DNA from: a virus | DNA length: 64,000 nt | Direction: 5' to 3' (one strand) | IMG/VR virus record: IMGVR_UViG_3300047585_000208 | Location: 32,001 to 96,000 of that record | Shown here: positions 9,947 to 20,478 of the stretch, piece by piece | Position numbering within the stretch: position 1 is the stretch's first letter | Layout of the letters: each line of letters begins with the position of its first letter | Made by a program: the position numbers and the translations under genes | The notes under the pieces: model-generated | What the model was told of the DNA's origin: nothing | The model's input: the letters and a program-made list of their open reading frames with translations, nothing else | The model's database searches: none

Positions 9947-10525
9947 ATGGTTAAAGGTTATTACGAAATCAGCTCTGTGGAGGAAGCCACTGGAATCCGT
10001 AAGCCGCTTTTCTCGCGAGCTAACCAGCTTATGGTTAGCTGGGGGTGGATCGCAGCTCAAGCTATTGGACTAGGAAATCCGGCTTATAAGGTAGCTGGTG
10101 GGTATCTTGAGTTCCAAAATGTCGCAGATACCGGCAATACTGTTCCTGTTCCGAATTTCTTGCCGACAGACGGGCTTTCCTATTTCAACAACCTGCCCGC
10201 TGGAAATGACTACCTTCGGTTACCATTAGCGACTACGCCGACAATCAGTATCGCGCCAGGTTATAACTCATCCTTTATTTCTGGTTTTTCTGGTAACCAG
10301 GTGACCTTTACTCTGCAATCAGGTGGAACAGTCGGGGTCAACGGGCTACCATTTAATTACCAGTCGCTGTCAACTATTTTTGGTATTACGCTGGTTGCAA
10401 TGCCTGTCGCTAATTCACCATCGCAAGATGTGATTTTAAGTCGTGGTTATTTTCTGCCAAGCGACCAGCAGCTAAAAGCTTACGGCTATCAAACAGCTGT
10501 TTCCTGGGCGATCACGTTTGAGTAA
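9947..10525 (+). CDS. Putative baseplate/tail protein
   Basis: Beta-rich; N-terminal NQLMVSWG and C-terminal AVSWAITF resemble tail-collar-like proteins. Confidence 0.45.
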   Translation: MVKGYYEISSVEEATGIRKPLFSRANQLMVSWGWIAAQAIGLGNPAYKVAGGYLEFQNVADTGNTVPVPNFLPTDGLSYFNNLPAGNDYLRLPLATTPTISIAPGYNSSFISGFSGNQVTFTLQSGGTVGVNGLPFNYQSLSTIFGITLVAMPVANSPSQDVILSRGYFLPSDQQLKAYGYQTAVSWAITFE

Positions 10526-10546
10526 TGCGTTACTCAAGAGGAACCA

Positions 10547-11392
10547 ATGAGCTCTTTTACGCAGACTATCCCGACAATTCAAGATGGCACAGCGGTTAGC
10601 GCGGCTAACACCAATCCGCCACTGCTAGCACTCCAGAACAATTGTCTGTACCTATATCAGGTTTTGCAGGCTCTTGGCGCGAGTCAAGCCCTTTATATTC
10701 AAAACGCTTCAGTTAATCCAACCGCGATGGTTGGTCAGGTTCTTTACTACAACACAAGCGCTGGATATTTTGATCTTGCGTTAGCCGCTGGTGGGTTACC
10801 TCAAAATGTTGTTGGGCTTTTGCTTAATAAGAGCTCTGCCGGTGTTGGAACGATTATCACTAGCGGGTTTGCAGCTCTCTCACTCGCGAATGCGCTACCT
10901 AGCGGGACAAGCCTTCCAGCTATAGCCGGACAATACTTTTTATCTCCCTATACGGCTGGTTCTCTTAGCACAGCCCCCAGCGCTGTTTTAGTTTGTATTT
11001 CTGACGGAACTGGCAATCTCTTTGTTCTGCCTCAGAACTATAACCTTGAACCAGCTCAGCCTTACGCGCTAACAGGTGGCGGAACGACTACAAACGCAGC
11101 CGCGACCGCTGTGACAGTTAATGGGCCAAACGGTATTCTTGGAACAGTCTGTATTCAAAACACTGGCTCCACTAACGGGCTTACTTGGACAGTCACCGTA
11201 AATGATCAATTTGGCCACACCGGCTCGACCGGTACTGGAAACGTTGCTGCGAGCTCTAGCCAAATCCTTACAATGGGCTCCACTGCTTACGGCGCCGCCT
11301 TGCCGCCATACACAAGCTTTAGCCTCGCGGTCCAAGCTGAGAACGCGGGCAACCAGACTACTTATAGCCTCAAGGGAGCGGTGATGTACTAA
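10547..11392 (+). CDS. Putative tail fiber/virion protein
   Basis: TIQDGTAVSAANTNPP fiber-like N-terminus; AGQYFLS...AGSLS; Thr/Gly-rich. Confidence 0.5.
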   Translation: MSSFTQTIPTIQDGTAVSAANTNPPLLALQNNCLYLYQVLQALGASQALYIQNASVNPTAMVGQVLYYNTSAGYFDLALAAGGLPQNVVGLLLNKSSAGVGTIITSGFAALSLANALPSGTSLPAIAGQYFLSPYTAGSLSTAPSAVLVCISDGTGNLFVLPQNYNLEPAQPYALTGGGTTTNAAATAVTVNGPNGILGTVCIQNTGSTNGLTWTVTVNDQFGHTGSTGTGNVAASSSQILTMGSTAYGAALPPYTSFSLAVQAENAGNQTTYSLKGAVMY

Positions 11393-13179
11393 TGCCGCAG
11401 TACGATACCGGAAATTGCCCAGGTAAGCCTTCACCAGGAGATCATTTTTTAATTGGTCCTTCCGGACTACCGGTCTGTCCAAATAGCTTTACGCCGATAA
11501 CAACCGCTTCCTCGGTGTTGATCGTCTCAATCGCGTATTTTCATGTTACTTCGCCTATTTCAGCCGGTATGCAGATTTTGACGCCTAGCAGTATGCAAGG
11601 CATTATCAACGGTGCTAGTTATTATTGCGATACAGGAGAAAATCAAGAGCTGGTCACGCTTATCGCAGTAGGTTCAACAACCCTTACGGCGGTCTTTGCG
11701 TATGACCACGAAGCTAATACACAGTTTGCTGGTGGACCAACTACAGTTAGCTCAGTAAGCTATTACTGGCCAGGGCAAGTAAGCTCTTTTAGTGGTTCAG
11801 ACGATATCTCGTACATCGGTAACATTTGGATTCTTGACCCGAACGCTGTCCCGCCAGCTCCAGTCATTTATTACACTGGAGCGCTATGTGTCGGCACAAC
11901 CGGCGGTTTGCCGGTCTACTGGCTCACTAGCATAATCGAATATTTTCCAGTTCAGATCACAGACGCGTATCGCAGCGATCTGCCCGGTATTACATGGGGA
12001 ACTTACGACGAGACCTATGAGTCAATTGATACTCCTTGGGGCGGGCTAATCTTCTATAGCTGGCTAGAGCAGATCAGAAACTTTTCAACAGTTAATTATT
12101 TCCCGCTGCCTGCAGGCAGAACTGGAAGTGCCGCTTTAAATCCTGCGCTTGAGATAAACAATCTTGACCTGATTGACGCTATCCCTTTCATAGCTGAAGC
12201 CAAATATTCAGCCTTAATCCCCGGGCTTGGGTTTGTATACGAGTTTACTGACCCAGTTGAAGACGGTGTTGGGGTTGCATACGATGGAGAGTTCATCGGC
12301 ATTGAGCCAATCATCAACTTCATTGCTGGTCAAAATATCGAGCTCGCGATCGAAGATGTGCCAGAAGATGAGCAGATTGATGTTGAAATTACTGCCCTTA
12401 CAACAGTTGAATCCGCCGGCACCCCTGTAGGAACTGAAAAGAATATCAACTTTATTGCTGGGCCGAATATTGGATTAACCATCGCAGATGACCCTAGTTA
12501 TTACCGTGTTGATATCGGTATTACTGGTTTTGTTAGTGTCGAGAATAGCGGTTCTTATGTTGGCACTGAAGAGTACATTAACTTCATCGCTGATCAAAAT
12601 ATTTCTTTAAACATTACCAATAATCCGACCAATAACCGGGTCGATGTAGCGATTACTGGGCTTGTTTCAGTTGAGGACGACGGAGATGACGTAGGTACTG
12701 AGAAAAACATCAACTTCATTGCTGATCAGAATATTGAATTAGACATTACGGATGACCCGGACAATGCTCGCGTCGATGTGGCGATTACTGGGCTTGTAAC
12801 GGTTGAAGACAGCGGTGAAGAGGTTGGAACAGAAAAAAACCTTAACTTCATTGCCGAGCAAAACATTGATTTGACAATTACAGACAACCCCGACGATAAT
12901 CGCGTTGATATTAAAATTGAAGCGCTTACAAGTGTTGAGAACAACGGTTCACTTGTAGGAACCGAACCAAACATCAATATAATCAATACCTGTTTGTCAG
13001 CTATAGTTGTCAGTGTCGTTAATAATACGGAAGACAATCGAATCGATATTACGATTAAAGATGCGGCTATGGAACAAGTAACTATTGTTGAATCGTTTAA
13101 TCCATCAACTTGTGAAGTTACAGATTTTACGTTGTGCGTTCCATCTGCCTGGATAAACGCTTCTTGTACAGATTGTTAA
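11392..13179 (+). CDS. Putative tail fiber/virion protein with six 44-aa repeats
   Basis: Acidic protein with GTEKNINFIADQNI...RVDVAITG repeats. Confidence 0.55.
   Translation: MPQYDTGNCPGKPSPGDHFLIGPSGLPVCPNSFTPITTASSVLIVSIAYFHVTSPISAGMQILTPSSMQGIINGASYYCDTGENQELVTLIAVGSTTLTAVFAYDHEANTQFAGGPTTVSSVSYYWPGQVSSFSGSDDISYIGNIWILDPNAVPPAPVIYYTGALCVGTTGGLPVYWLTSIIEYFPVQITDAYRSDLPGITWGTYDETYESIDTPWGGLIFYSWLEQIRNFSTVNYFPLPAGRTGSAALNPALEINNLDLIDAIPFIAEAKYSALIPGLGFVYEFTDPVEDGVGVAYDGEFIGIEPIINFIAGQNIELAIEDVPEDEQIDVEITALTTVESAGTPVGTEKNINFIAGPNIGLTIADDPSYYRVDIGITGFVSVENSGSYVGTEEYINFIADQNISLNITNNPTNNRVDVAITGLVSVEDDGDDVGTEKNINFIADQNIELDITDDPDNARVDVAITGLVTVEDSGEEVGTEKNLNFIAEQNIDLTITDNPDDNRVDIKIEALTSVENNGSLVGTEPNINIINTCLSAIVVSVVNNTEDNRIDITIKDAAMEQVTIVESFNPSTCEVTDFTLCVPSAWINASCTDC
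12298..13062 (+). repeat. Intragenic tandem repeat, 132 bp (44 aa) x about 6
   Basis: Units start at 12298, 12430, 12562, 12694, 12826, 12958. Confidence 0.9.
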
Positions 13180-13641
13180 ATGAGCACATACCATGTCAAT
13201 TGTTCCTGCTGCGGCGGCATACCTGGAGCACCATGCTGTCCAGACGTATTGATTCCGAGTACGCTTTACATGACATGGACCAGCCAGATTGGCACCAGTT
13301 ACGATTTCCCAACAAGCATTCCGCTTACCTATGGAAACAATACGGCTCCTTGGATGGCGTACAACGGCTACGGGTGGATTTCTACTTGCTACTACGATTC
13401 GACGAGCGGGTGCTACACTTTCATATTCCTTTTTTGCGATCCGTCCTCGAATACGTGGATTCTGGAGGTAGGTGTTGATTCCACAACCATGACCCAGTCC
13501 AGTTGCTCGCCCTTGGTTCTTACGCTCTCTTCAATTGGTGGTGCTGTTGGAGTTACTGATTCATCGTGCCAGGGATCTGTTGGGCCGGCAAACTGCAATT
13601 TGGACTCAAGCGGCATGACCGGGATAGCGATAGGCCCATGA
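13180..13641 (+). CDS. Cys-rich hypothetical protein, possibly virion-associated
   Basis: NCSCCGG...PCCP N-terminus; abuts the upstream stop codon. Confidence 0.55.
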   Translation: MSTYHVNCSCCGGIPGAPCCPDVLIPSTLYMTWTSQIGTSYDFPTSIPLTYGNNTAPWMAYNGYGWISTCYYDSTSGCYTFIFLFCDPSSNTWILEVGVDSTTMTQSSCSPLVLTLSSIGGAVGVTDSSCQGSVGPANCNLDSSGMTGIAIGP

Positions 13642-14048
13642 CGCTAATTTGTGGTCACCAAACGAATGCTCTACGATGTGTTCCAGGTTCCGAGTTTACA
13701 TTAGACCAATGCCGCCATTGCTGGATGTACGCGGAGAAAAACTCGACTTCTAACATAAAGCAAGCCACCGATTTCGTCCAAGTGCAAATCCCAGGATTTG
13801 TCCAGAAAATGATAAATGCCACCGGCGCTGTCGTTCAGCACATTTCGGGTGGAATGCGGCATACATCCGAAGAGCAAAGGCAAGCAAGGTTGCTTGTTTG
13901 CCACGATTGCCCAATGTTCAGCAGCAAAACTTGCGCCTTGTGCGGGTGCAAGTTATGGATAAAGGCTGGCTGGGCAGATCAGCATTGCCCGCACCCAGAT
14001 AACGATAAATGGGTGGAAATAGATAAAAAGTTCAACGAGGGTAAATAA
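13638..14048 (+). CDS. Cys-rich protein (DUF6171-like C-terminus)
   Basis: RLLVCHDCP...CALCGC...HCP; ATGA overlap with the upstream gene suggests a start at 13638. Confidence 0.55.
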   Translation: MTLICGHQTNALRCVPGSEFTLDQCRHCWMYAEKNSTSNIKQATDFVQVQIPGFVQKMINATGAVVQHISGGMRHTSEEQRQARLLVCHDCPMFSSKTCALCGCKLWIKAGWADQHCPHPDNDKWVEIDKKFNEGK

Positions 14049-14050
14049 GC

Positions 14051-14482
14051 ATGGCTATCCACACAATTCAAGTAACGCGTTACGTGGCGCAGCCAAACCC
14101 ACCGCTTAGCGGTTCGCAAAATGGAGAGAGTTTTGGGTACAGTGTTCAGATAATTGCATCGGGTGCTGTTGGAATGCCTAACGAGGTCTTTGTAGAACAT
14201 CAAAGGCCACTTAATCCGCTTTGCCCAACTGCCCCACTTGTGTCTGACTTCTGGGGAGTAGCCACTACTAGCGAGTTAGTGGATCTTCCAATTAATGCCC
14301 CACTTCCTGGGCAGTTCCTTTACAGGGTCGCGAATGTGTCCATTGTTTACCCAAGCCAGGTTCAGGCAGACGCTTCTTGGCAAGGAATAGAAACCCAGGT
14401 TCAGTCGCTAATCAACGCGCTTTACGCTAGCGACGACCTTAACGTAATCGACACTTTTGTACCAATTGCGCCAATAAACTAA
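14051..14482 (+). CDS. Hypothetical protein
   Basis: 143 aa ORF in a tightly packed operon. Confidence 0.55.
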   Translation: MAIHTIQVTRYVAQPNPPLSGSQNGESFGYSVQIIASGAVGMPNEVFVEHQRPLNPLCPTAPLVSDFWGVATTSELVDLPINAPLPGQFLYRVANVSIVYPSQVQADASWQGIETQVQSLINALYASDDLNVIDTFVPIAPIN

Positions 14483-14745
14483 TGACAGCCATCTCTGACC
14501 AACTGATTCAGTCTCTCAGGCAGCGCCCGGACATTCTTCTAGCGTTTCCTATTCTTGCCTCCACAACTCAAACTAAACGTGCTTGCTGTGGTAAACCCGC
14601 AGTTGCGCCAAACTTTAACGCGATCAAGCTCTCAATCGCGAGCATGCCTGCAAGTCAACAGCAGAAGTTCAAATCTCTAATCGGCGCCACTTCTTGCCGA
14701 GTAATTTGCCGCCAAGGCGACGACGTCCTCGATAGGACATTCTAG
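14482..14745 (+). CDS. Hypothetical protein
   Basis: 87 aa; TAATG overlap with the upstream gene. Confidence 0.5.
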   Translation: MTAISDQLIQSLRQRPDILLAFPILASTTQTKRACCGKPAVAPNFNAIKLSIASMPASQQQKFKSLIGATSCRVICRQGDDVLDRTF

Positions 14746-14847
14746 CTCTAAAATTTTGGCTTATTTGAGGCATTATAAAAAGCAGAGCTGTAGCTCAGCA
14801 GGCTTGCCAGCGCCATTTTGTCTGGCACTACTTAAAGGAGCAAAGTT

Positions 14848-15741
14848 ATGCGAAAAGCGTTTACGCTCATCGAGATGCTGGTCGTCATTGCGATCATCGC
14901 CATCCTGATGGGGCTATTACTCCCGGCTATCCAGTACGCCAGAACAGCTGCGGCGTATACTCAAACGTCGAACAATCTCAAGAACATCGGATTATCTGGG
15001 ATCAACTTCCACGGAATGTACAAATTCCTTCCGTACAACGGTACGTCAACAAGCGCGACTTGGACGCTCTGGACACCCCAAGCGCCGAACAACTGGGCTA
15101 ATAGCCTAGATGTTGAATCTGGTTCTTGGTGTTTCGCGCTATTACCGTTTATGGATCAAAGGCAACTTTGGCAGCAGGTTGTACCGCCACCTAATGTGCC
15201 CACGCCAACGAGCGCTACACTGACTTACTGGCAGCCGCCTAACACAATCGCGTCAACTGTTTTGGCGGTGTTTAATGACCCAGAACGCAACCGAACAGGA
15301 ACGTATGTTTACGGCTCTAACATCCTCGCTTCGACGGATTATGCCATAAACACCTGGGTCAATTCTCCTACTGGCACGCTCAACGATCCTGACGCGCGAT
15401 TGACGCTGCTTGGCATCCGGGATGGTACCAGCAATACAATCTTCGCTGGAATAGCGGGGATGGCGTCGGCTGATTACCGTAACGCGTTTCCAAGCCAGTG
15501 GAATCAGACTTGGTGGCTTGGCGGACTCGGCGGCTCTGGTCGAAATTCAACCGTTCTCCAACCGGACGGCGCTACAACGGCATCGGCAGCTGGTCAGTGG
15601 GGCGGCCCATATCCTGGAGCTTGCCCATTCGTCTTCTGCGACGGCTCAGTCAGATCGATTGGATATGGGCTAATTACAGGCACACAGCTTCAGGCGCTCA
15701 TGACACCCAATGGAAACGATCAGGCGCCTTCAATACCGTAA
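14848..15741 (+). CDS. DUF1559 family prepilin-type N-terminal cleavage/methylation protein
   Basis: [29 protein letters not shown]...NNLKNIGL; IRDGTSNTI; C-terminal FVFCDGSV (H-X9-DG-type motif with Y in place of H); RBS AAGGAG. Confidence 0.9.
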   Translation: MRKAFTLIEMLVVIAIIAILMGLLLPAIQYARTAAAYTQTSNNLKNIGLSGINFHGMYKFLPYNGTSTSATWTLWTPQAPNNWANSLDVESGSWCFALLPFMDQRQLWQQVVPPPNVPTPTSATLTYWQPPNTIASTVLAVFNDPERNRTGTYVYGSNILASTDYAINTWVNSPTGTLNDPDARLTLLGIRDGTSNTIFAGIAGMASADYRNAFPSQWNQTWWLGGLGGSGRNSTVLQPDGATTASAAGQWGGPYPGACPFVFCDGSVRSIGYGLITGTQLQALMTPNGNDQAPSIP

Positions 15742-15786
15742 TGCGTAGCTTTGCTGAGTAACGCATTACTCAGAAAGGAAAAAGAC

Positions 15787-15906
15787 ATGAAAATTACCGA
15801 CGCAGTCGCGTTCGCTGTATGGGGCGCCGCTTCTGTGCTGGGGTTCGTTTTTGGAATTCTTCCATACGCGCCTCGATTATGCGAGGTACTGTTTCGCCAT
15901 AACTAG
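15787..15906 (+). CDS. Small membrane peptide (39 aa)
   Basis: Follows a palindrome and GAAAGGA RBS; hydrophobic; below the ORF-track size cut-off. Confidence 0.45.
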   Translation: MKITDAVAFAVWGAASVLGFVFGILPYAPRLCEVLFRHN

Positions 15907-15923
15907 CTAGACACGGAGGATCA

Positions 15924-16070
15924 GTGCGTATTTCTACCCCCATCGCCCTTGGTAGCTACTCGGCTGGTTTTTTGACCATCATGACCTGGCTCGTCATACC
16001 CCAGTATGGCGAGCAGTTCATGGTGATACGGTTCTGGCTCAAGGCGTTGTTTGGAAGTAGTTTCATCTAA
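15924..16070 (+). CDS. Small membrane peptide (48 aa)
   Basis: GGAGG RBS, GTG start, hydrophobic. Confidence 0.4.
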   Translation: MRISTPIALGSYSAGFLTIMTWLVIPQYGEQFMVIRFWLKALFGSSFI

Positions 16071-16142
16071 CAATCTTAGGGTTATCCTAAGCGCCCGCTT
16101 ATTTTGCGGAGCGCTTTTAATTTAGTTATTAAAAGGAGAAGC

Positions 16143-16511
16143 ATGGGACTTGATGTTTATTTAGAAACCGGAGAAGAGCTCAAAGAGACGTGTCCACACT
16201 GTGGCGGGCATGGTGTCATCAACCTAGGTAAAGAACAACTTTACAGAGACTCGATTACACACAACCACTGGAAAATGGTAGATAATGCCAGTCTCTATCG
16301 CGCGATTTGGCGACCAGAAGAATTGCAAATTACAAAAGCTGCACAGTTAATACCAATTCTGGAACAAGGCCTTAAGCACATTGAAGAGCATCAGGATGAA
16401 CTCTGTAAGCTAGGAACTGCAAATGACCATACAGAGGTTTGGTCGTTTGTTCGAGCTTACTTGAAAGCTTGTCGCGAACACCCGGACGCTGACATCCGCG
16501 TATCCAGGTAG
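16143..16511 (+). CDS. Hypothetical phage protein (MGLDVYL type)
   Basis: AGGAG RBS before ATG 16143; ITHN...ACREHPDA. Confidence 0.6.
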   Translation: MGLDVYLETGEELKETCPHCGGHGVINLGKEQLYRDSITHNHWKMVDNASLYRAIWRPEELQITKAAQLIPILEQGLKHIEEHQDELCKLGTANDHTEVWSFVRAYLKACREHPDADIRVSR

Positions 16512-16559
16512 AATGTACCGCTGTGGCTAAACCATTTTGTTTTCACAGCGGAGTTTGAA

Positions 16560-16865
16560 ATGTCTGTCAAAGTTGTTAAGGACAAGTGCGAGCAAAGCCC
16601 CACCGAGATGCGTATCGTCGTTGAATCGACCAACCGTGAGGAGGCGATTAGCCTTCAAACTCGTAACGACGTAATCAAGTACGCGCAGCAGTGTGGTTTC
16701 CCGGCCAGGGGACTTGCTGGAGTGCCTACGCCGTATCCGGTTGATGCTGCCGGTAAAACGGACGAGGATGGCGATGTTGAGCAGGCGGAACTAGCTTTGG
16801 GTAAGCGAGCGATCGCTGGCTACCGCGCGGACTTTAAACTTCACGCCGGAATAGGAGCGCGATAA
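16560..16865 (+). CDS. Hypothetical protein
   Basis: GGAG RBS; 101 aa. Confidence 0.55.
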   Translation: MSVKVVKDKCEQSPTEMRIVVESTNREEAISLQTRNDVIKYAQQCGFPARGLAGVPTPYPVDAAGKTDEDGDVEQAELALGKRAIAGYRADFKLHAGIGAR

Positions 16866-16927
16866 TTATCGAATACCGAATAGACCAGTTAGGGGCCGCA
16901 GTTAATCACCGCATTGACTCAAGCAAA

Positions 16928-17368
16928 GTGCGGCGTATTTTACGGTACCATTTCAAGGGACTGGCTAAGCTTGCAACTTGCTCACCCGGGCAAGCGCTAA
17001 TTGTGTGGTTGTACAGCTGGCCCGATATTAACGAAGTGTGGTTAGACACAATAGTAGAAGCTTTCGAAGAAGAGCTTCTACTGTTTGCCCAACAGTTAGA
17101 TAGGGAGCTTACGTCCAGTGAACAATCTTCTGATTGGCACGGACAAGCTTGTTTGTCTAATTTACCGGACTATTGGCTAACAATCTGGGATAACCGAACG
17201 GCGGCAATAAGCCGCAGAGAAAACGCTATAGACCTTACAACCGGTGAAGACCTGCCAAAGGACTATAATCCTAAACCGCTTTATAGCGTTGCGATTTGCC
17301 TGACCAAGTTGTTCTTGATCGGACGAGCAGGACTTTTCCGCGAACAAACCAAACAAAAACTTGAGTAA
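16928..17368 (+). CDS. Hypothetical protein
   Basis: 146 aa; stop codon lies inside the palindrome. Confidence 0.5.
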   Translation: MRRILRYHFKGLAKLATCSPGQALIVWLYSWPDINEVWLDTIVEAFEEELLLFAQQLDRELTSSEQSSDWHGQACLSNLPDYWLTIWDNRTAAISRRENAIDLTTGEDLPKDYNPKPLYSVAICLTKLFLIGRAGLFREQTKQKLE

Positions 17369-17443
17369 CGCATTACTCAAATTTCGGCGTAGATTACAAA
17401 TACGCCGCCATCGCTAATTGCCCGATCCAGCCGTGGAACGATA

Positions 17444-18571
17444 ATGCTAGAGGTTCAAAAGTATCTAAAGTCAGGGAAAACGCTTCAAGATCTTTCAGCT
17501 GAACTTGGGATAATCGCATCAGCCCACGACACTCTTCCGCTCGTCATTCTCAATTACGGCCAAATTGATAGCCCCAAAACTAATCCAATCGCGAGAGAGT
17601 GCCGTGGGCTTGTTCTGAATAGCCAGACCTTTGATCTTGTTGCCCGGTCTTTTCCGCGATTCTTCAATTGGGGCGAAGTAGCTGACGAAATGCCCCTTTT
17701 CAATTTCAACACCTTTAATGCCTTTGAAAAAGTCGACGGAAGCTTGGTCATCTTATATAACTTCGAAGGTAAGTGGATGGCTAACACCCGCGGCAGCTTT
17801 GGCACAGGTGCAATTGATCGATTTAGCAACCGAACTTGGCATGATGGGTTTTGTGCAGCGATGGGTGTTGACAATTTAGAAGTTTTAGCTAAAGTTGGAC
17901 TTGATCCAAAGCTTACTTATGTCTGTGAATTCTGCTCTCCATGGAATAAGATTGTTCGGCGTTACCCCGAACCTTTGATGTACTTGTTATCTAGATTTGA
18001 GGGTGAAACTGAAATCCAGTGGAACGAGAACGCTTACCGAGATATCTGTACTACAGGTTTATTTGAAAAGGTTAAGCACTGGCATTTTAGTAACGTTGAT
18101 CAAATTCTTGTCTTTCTAGAAAAGAACAGCACAGACGACCCAACTTTCGAAGGTGTCGTAATTCGCGATGACAACAACCGGCGTTGGAAGATCAAAAGCA
18201 AAACGTACCTAGGTCTCCACGCAATTAAAGGTGCTGAAGGCAATCTGTTTAACCCTAAACATCTATTGCCTTTCGTCTTGTCTGGTAACGGCGCTGAGCT
18301 CTTGACCTACTTTGAAGAAGCCACTGACGCGTTTAATGAGTTAAAGAAAAGCGTTGACCGAGAGTTTGAACAATTAACCCAGGTCTGGCACGATTACAAA
18401 GATGTCGCGGACCAAAAAACCTTCGCACTTGCGATCAATGGGAAAACGCGCTTTACATCGATCTTATTTACGATTAAGAAAAAATTCGGTAACGCCCAAA
18501 CACTTGAACACCTTCAACATGCCTGGCGAAACTCAGAAGCGCAGATTTTAAACAACCTCAAACTTGAGTAA
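17444..18571 (+). CDS. RNA ligase, T4 Rnl1 family
   Basis: ARECRGLVL, RFFNWGE, motif I EKVDGSL, FEGVV, KIKS. Confidence 0.9.
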   Translation: MLEVQKYLKSGKTLQDLSAELGIIASAHDTLPLVILNYGQIDSPKTNPIARECRGLVLNSQTFDLVARSFPRFFNWGEVADEMPLFNFNTFNAFEKVDGSLVILYNFEGKWMANTRGSFGTGAIDRFSNRTWHDGFCAAMGVDNLEVLAKVGLDPKLTYVCEFCSPWNKIVRRYPEPLMYLLSRFEGETEIQWNENAYRDICTTGLFEKVKHWHFSNVDQILVFLEKNSTDDPTFEGVVIRDDNNRRWKIKSKTYLGLHAIKGAEGNLFNPKHLLPFVLSGNGAELLTYFEEATDAFNELKKSVDREFEQLTQVWHDYKDVADQKTFALAINGKTRFTSILFTIKKKFGNAQTLEHLQHAWRNSEAQILNNLKLE

Positions 18572-18649
18572 CGCATTACTCAACTCCGAGTCAGGAGGCA
18601 TACTGGCTACTCGGCAAAGGCCGCATCGTTTCTATAACACGGTGAGCCA

Positions 18650-19060
18650 ATGATGTACATGTCGAGCATCAAGATGCAAACAACTGTCAAGAAGTCGGTA
18701 CTTCTTGAAACACTCAAGAAGAACTTAGCCGTTCATGAGACGATCGTTAAAGAAGCGTTTGCTGGCTACGCTAAAGCAGCCAAGCATCTTCTGGCGGACA
18801 AACTGGCTAAGTTTGAAAAGGGTGAATACCCGTCTTTAGCTTGTCGGCTGGAAAGACCAGATGATTGCAGCGAGGTCTACAAGACCTCCATCCACATGCT
18901 GGAATTAAACAACGACGACCTTATCGTTCTGTCTCCGGATGAATTCCGACAACTTGTAGAAGACAAATGGGACTGGACTAACTCTTTCTTTGCCAAAAAC
19001 AGCACTTACTCTTTGACTGCCTCACGAATGAGCAATAATAGCGATGAAGACTCTTGGTGA
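18650..19060 (+). CDS. Hypothetical phage protein
   Basis: 136 aa, helical, VEDKWDW. Confidence 0.6.
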   Translation: MMYMSSIKMQTTVKKSVLLETLKKNLAVHETIVKEAFAGYAKAAKHLLADKLAKFEKGEYPSLACRLERPDDCSEVYKTSIHMLELNNDDLIVLSPDEFRQLVEDKWDWTNSFFAKNSTYSLTASRMSNNSDEDSW

Positions 19061-19094
19061 CTATTCGTGAAAAGATCGCGGGAAAGGTTCTTCA

Positions 19095-19799
19095 ATGCCA
19101 GTCCAAGCCCATCAGCTTCAGCGCCATTTTCTCGACCCTGAATCATACACTTTCACTTTGATAGCGTGTTTCCTCGAAATCTACGGTACTGAAGCGGTAT
19201 CGTGGAGCCCTTTGACTATTGATATGGAGCTAACTCAAGACGTTGGAGATGTTCCCAGAGAGAACTTTGACAAGCTTCAGACAGCGATCTTTCTTCTTAC
19301 TTCGAACTCCTTTTTTGTCAGTGTGGCGGATTTTGCTAGAACCTGCTGTGTTCTGGCAGGACATTCTTTTAACCCCAACTCAATTATTCTTCCTGACTGC
19401 GTTGACTTAGCTTGGGGTATTACTGAGGGGATGCTTATCTGCCCACCTGAGGAAGAAGATAAAGAGCCATTCTCGGCCGAGATCCTCGGCTTTATTGGAG
19501 CGTGCCTTTCGCAAGAGGGCATTCTAAACGCTCCAGACGTGCTACGAATTGGAACCCGCGATAAAGACTTGGCTAATCAAGCACGCCTCAACTTTTCTGA
19601 TGACCCCGAGATGTTTGGCGCTGTAATGGGCGTTGACAAACTCAAGGGGGAAGATATTACCAAGACAGTTGAGGCCAAACTCCAGCAGCTACTGCGCCAG
19701 CTCGTTGACCTTCCCGTTGCAGAAGGCCGAGCCAGTCAATTAGCAAAAGCGCTGCTAGAGCGATTAAGCCAGTCTGGAAAGCTTCCAATTCCCATGTAG
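19095..19799 (+). CDS. Hypothetical protein
   Basis: 234 aa ORF. Confidence 0.6.
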   Translation: MPVQAHQLQRHFLDPESYTFTLIACFLEIYGTEAVSWSPLTIDMELTQDVGDVPRENFDKLQTAIFLLTSNSFFVSVADFARTCCVLAGHSFNPNSIILPDCVDLAWGITEGMLICPPEEEDKEPFSAEILGFIGACLSQEGILNAPDVLRIGTRDKDLANQARLNFSDDPEMFGAVMGVDKLKGEDITKTVEAKLQQLLRQLVDLPVAEGRASQLAKALLERLSQSGKLPIPM

Positions 19800-19863
19800 C
19801 TTCGGCAGAGGCGTATCTGCCGCATACCTAGGTGTTCGTCCTATTCAGTTCTCAAGGAGAAAT

Positions 19864-20454
19864 GTGATGAGGGTACGGATTGTACTTTGCATGATTGCCT
19901 TGTTTGTTTGCGCGGCTTGCGTGTTCGGAAACCAGAATACGTCTACGACCAGGGTCAGCAATCAAGCGCAGCCTGGCAATTTGAAGTATTTGATCAGCGT
20001 TAACGGCAAGATCACGAATGAAGGCGATACTGGCACGCACGAATTCAAGATGACCGCCGGTAAGACCTACGTACTGTACGCGGCTAGCAAGACGATCGAT
20101 ACGATGCTCAGCTTGCAGACACTCGGCGGCGAAGAGCTGGCTGAAAACGATGACGAAGTTACTCCGCCAAACCAAGATGTATCTTTGAATTCCAAAATCG
20201 TTTACAAGTGCACAACAACGGGCACGTACAAAGCAGTTATTAAAGCTTACGACTGGAAAAATGCCGCAGAAGCGCCTCGCGAAGCGACTGGTCCGTACAC
20301 GTTTACGGTTCGTGAAGCAACTGATGATGAGGCCGCCTTGAAAAGGATGCCAGTAGCGCCTGGGGTTGGTCGGGTCGGCCAACGCGGAGGTGAGCTTATC
20401 CCCCTCCCCAGGGTTGGGCAATTTCCAGATTCTAGTGTGATTGGTGGGACGTAA
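19864..20454 (+). CDS. Secreted PPC (pre-peptidase C-terminal)-like domain protein
   Basis: AAGGAG RBS and signal peptide; MTAGKTYVL...IDTMLSL...ELAENDD...LNSKIVY...TGTYK...TGPYTFTV. Confidence 0.7.
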   Translation: MMRVRIVLCMIALFVCAACVFGNQNTSTTRVSNQAQPGNLKYLISVNGKITNEGDTGTHEFKMTAGKTYVLYAASKTIDTMLSLQTLGGEELAENDDEVTPPNQDVSLNSKIVYKCTTTGTYKAVIKAYDWKNAAEAPREATGPYTFTVREATDDEAALKRMPVAPGVGRVGQRGGELIPLPRVGQFPDSSVIGGT

Positions 20455-20478
20455 CTTCCGAAAGGCTTCCCAGGTGGC

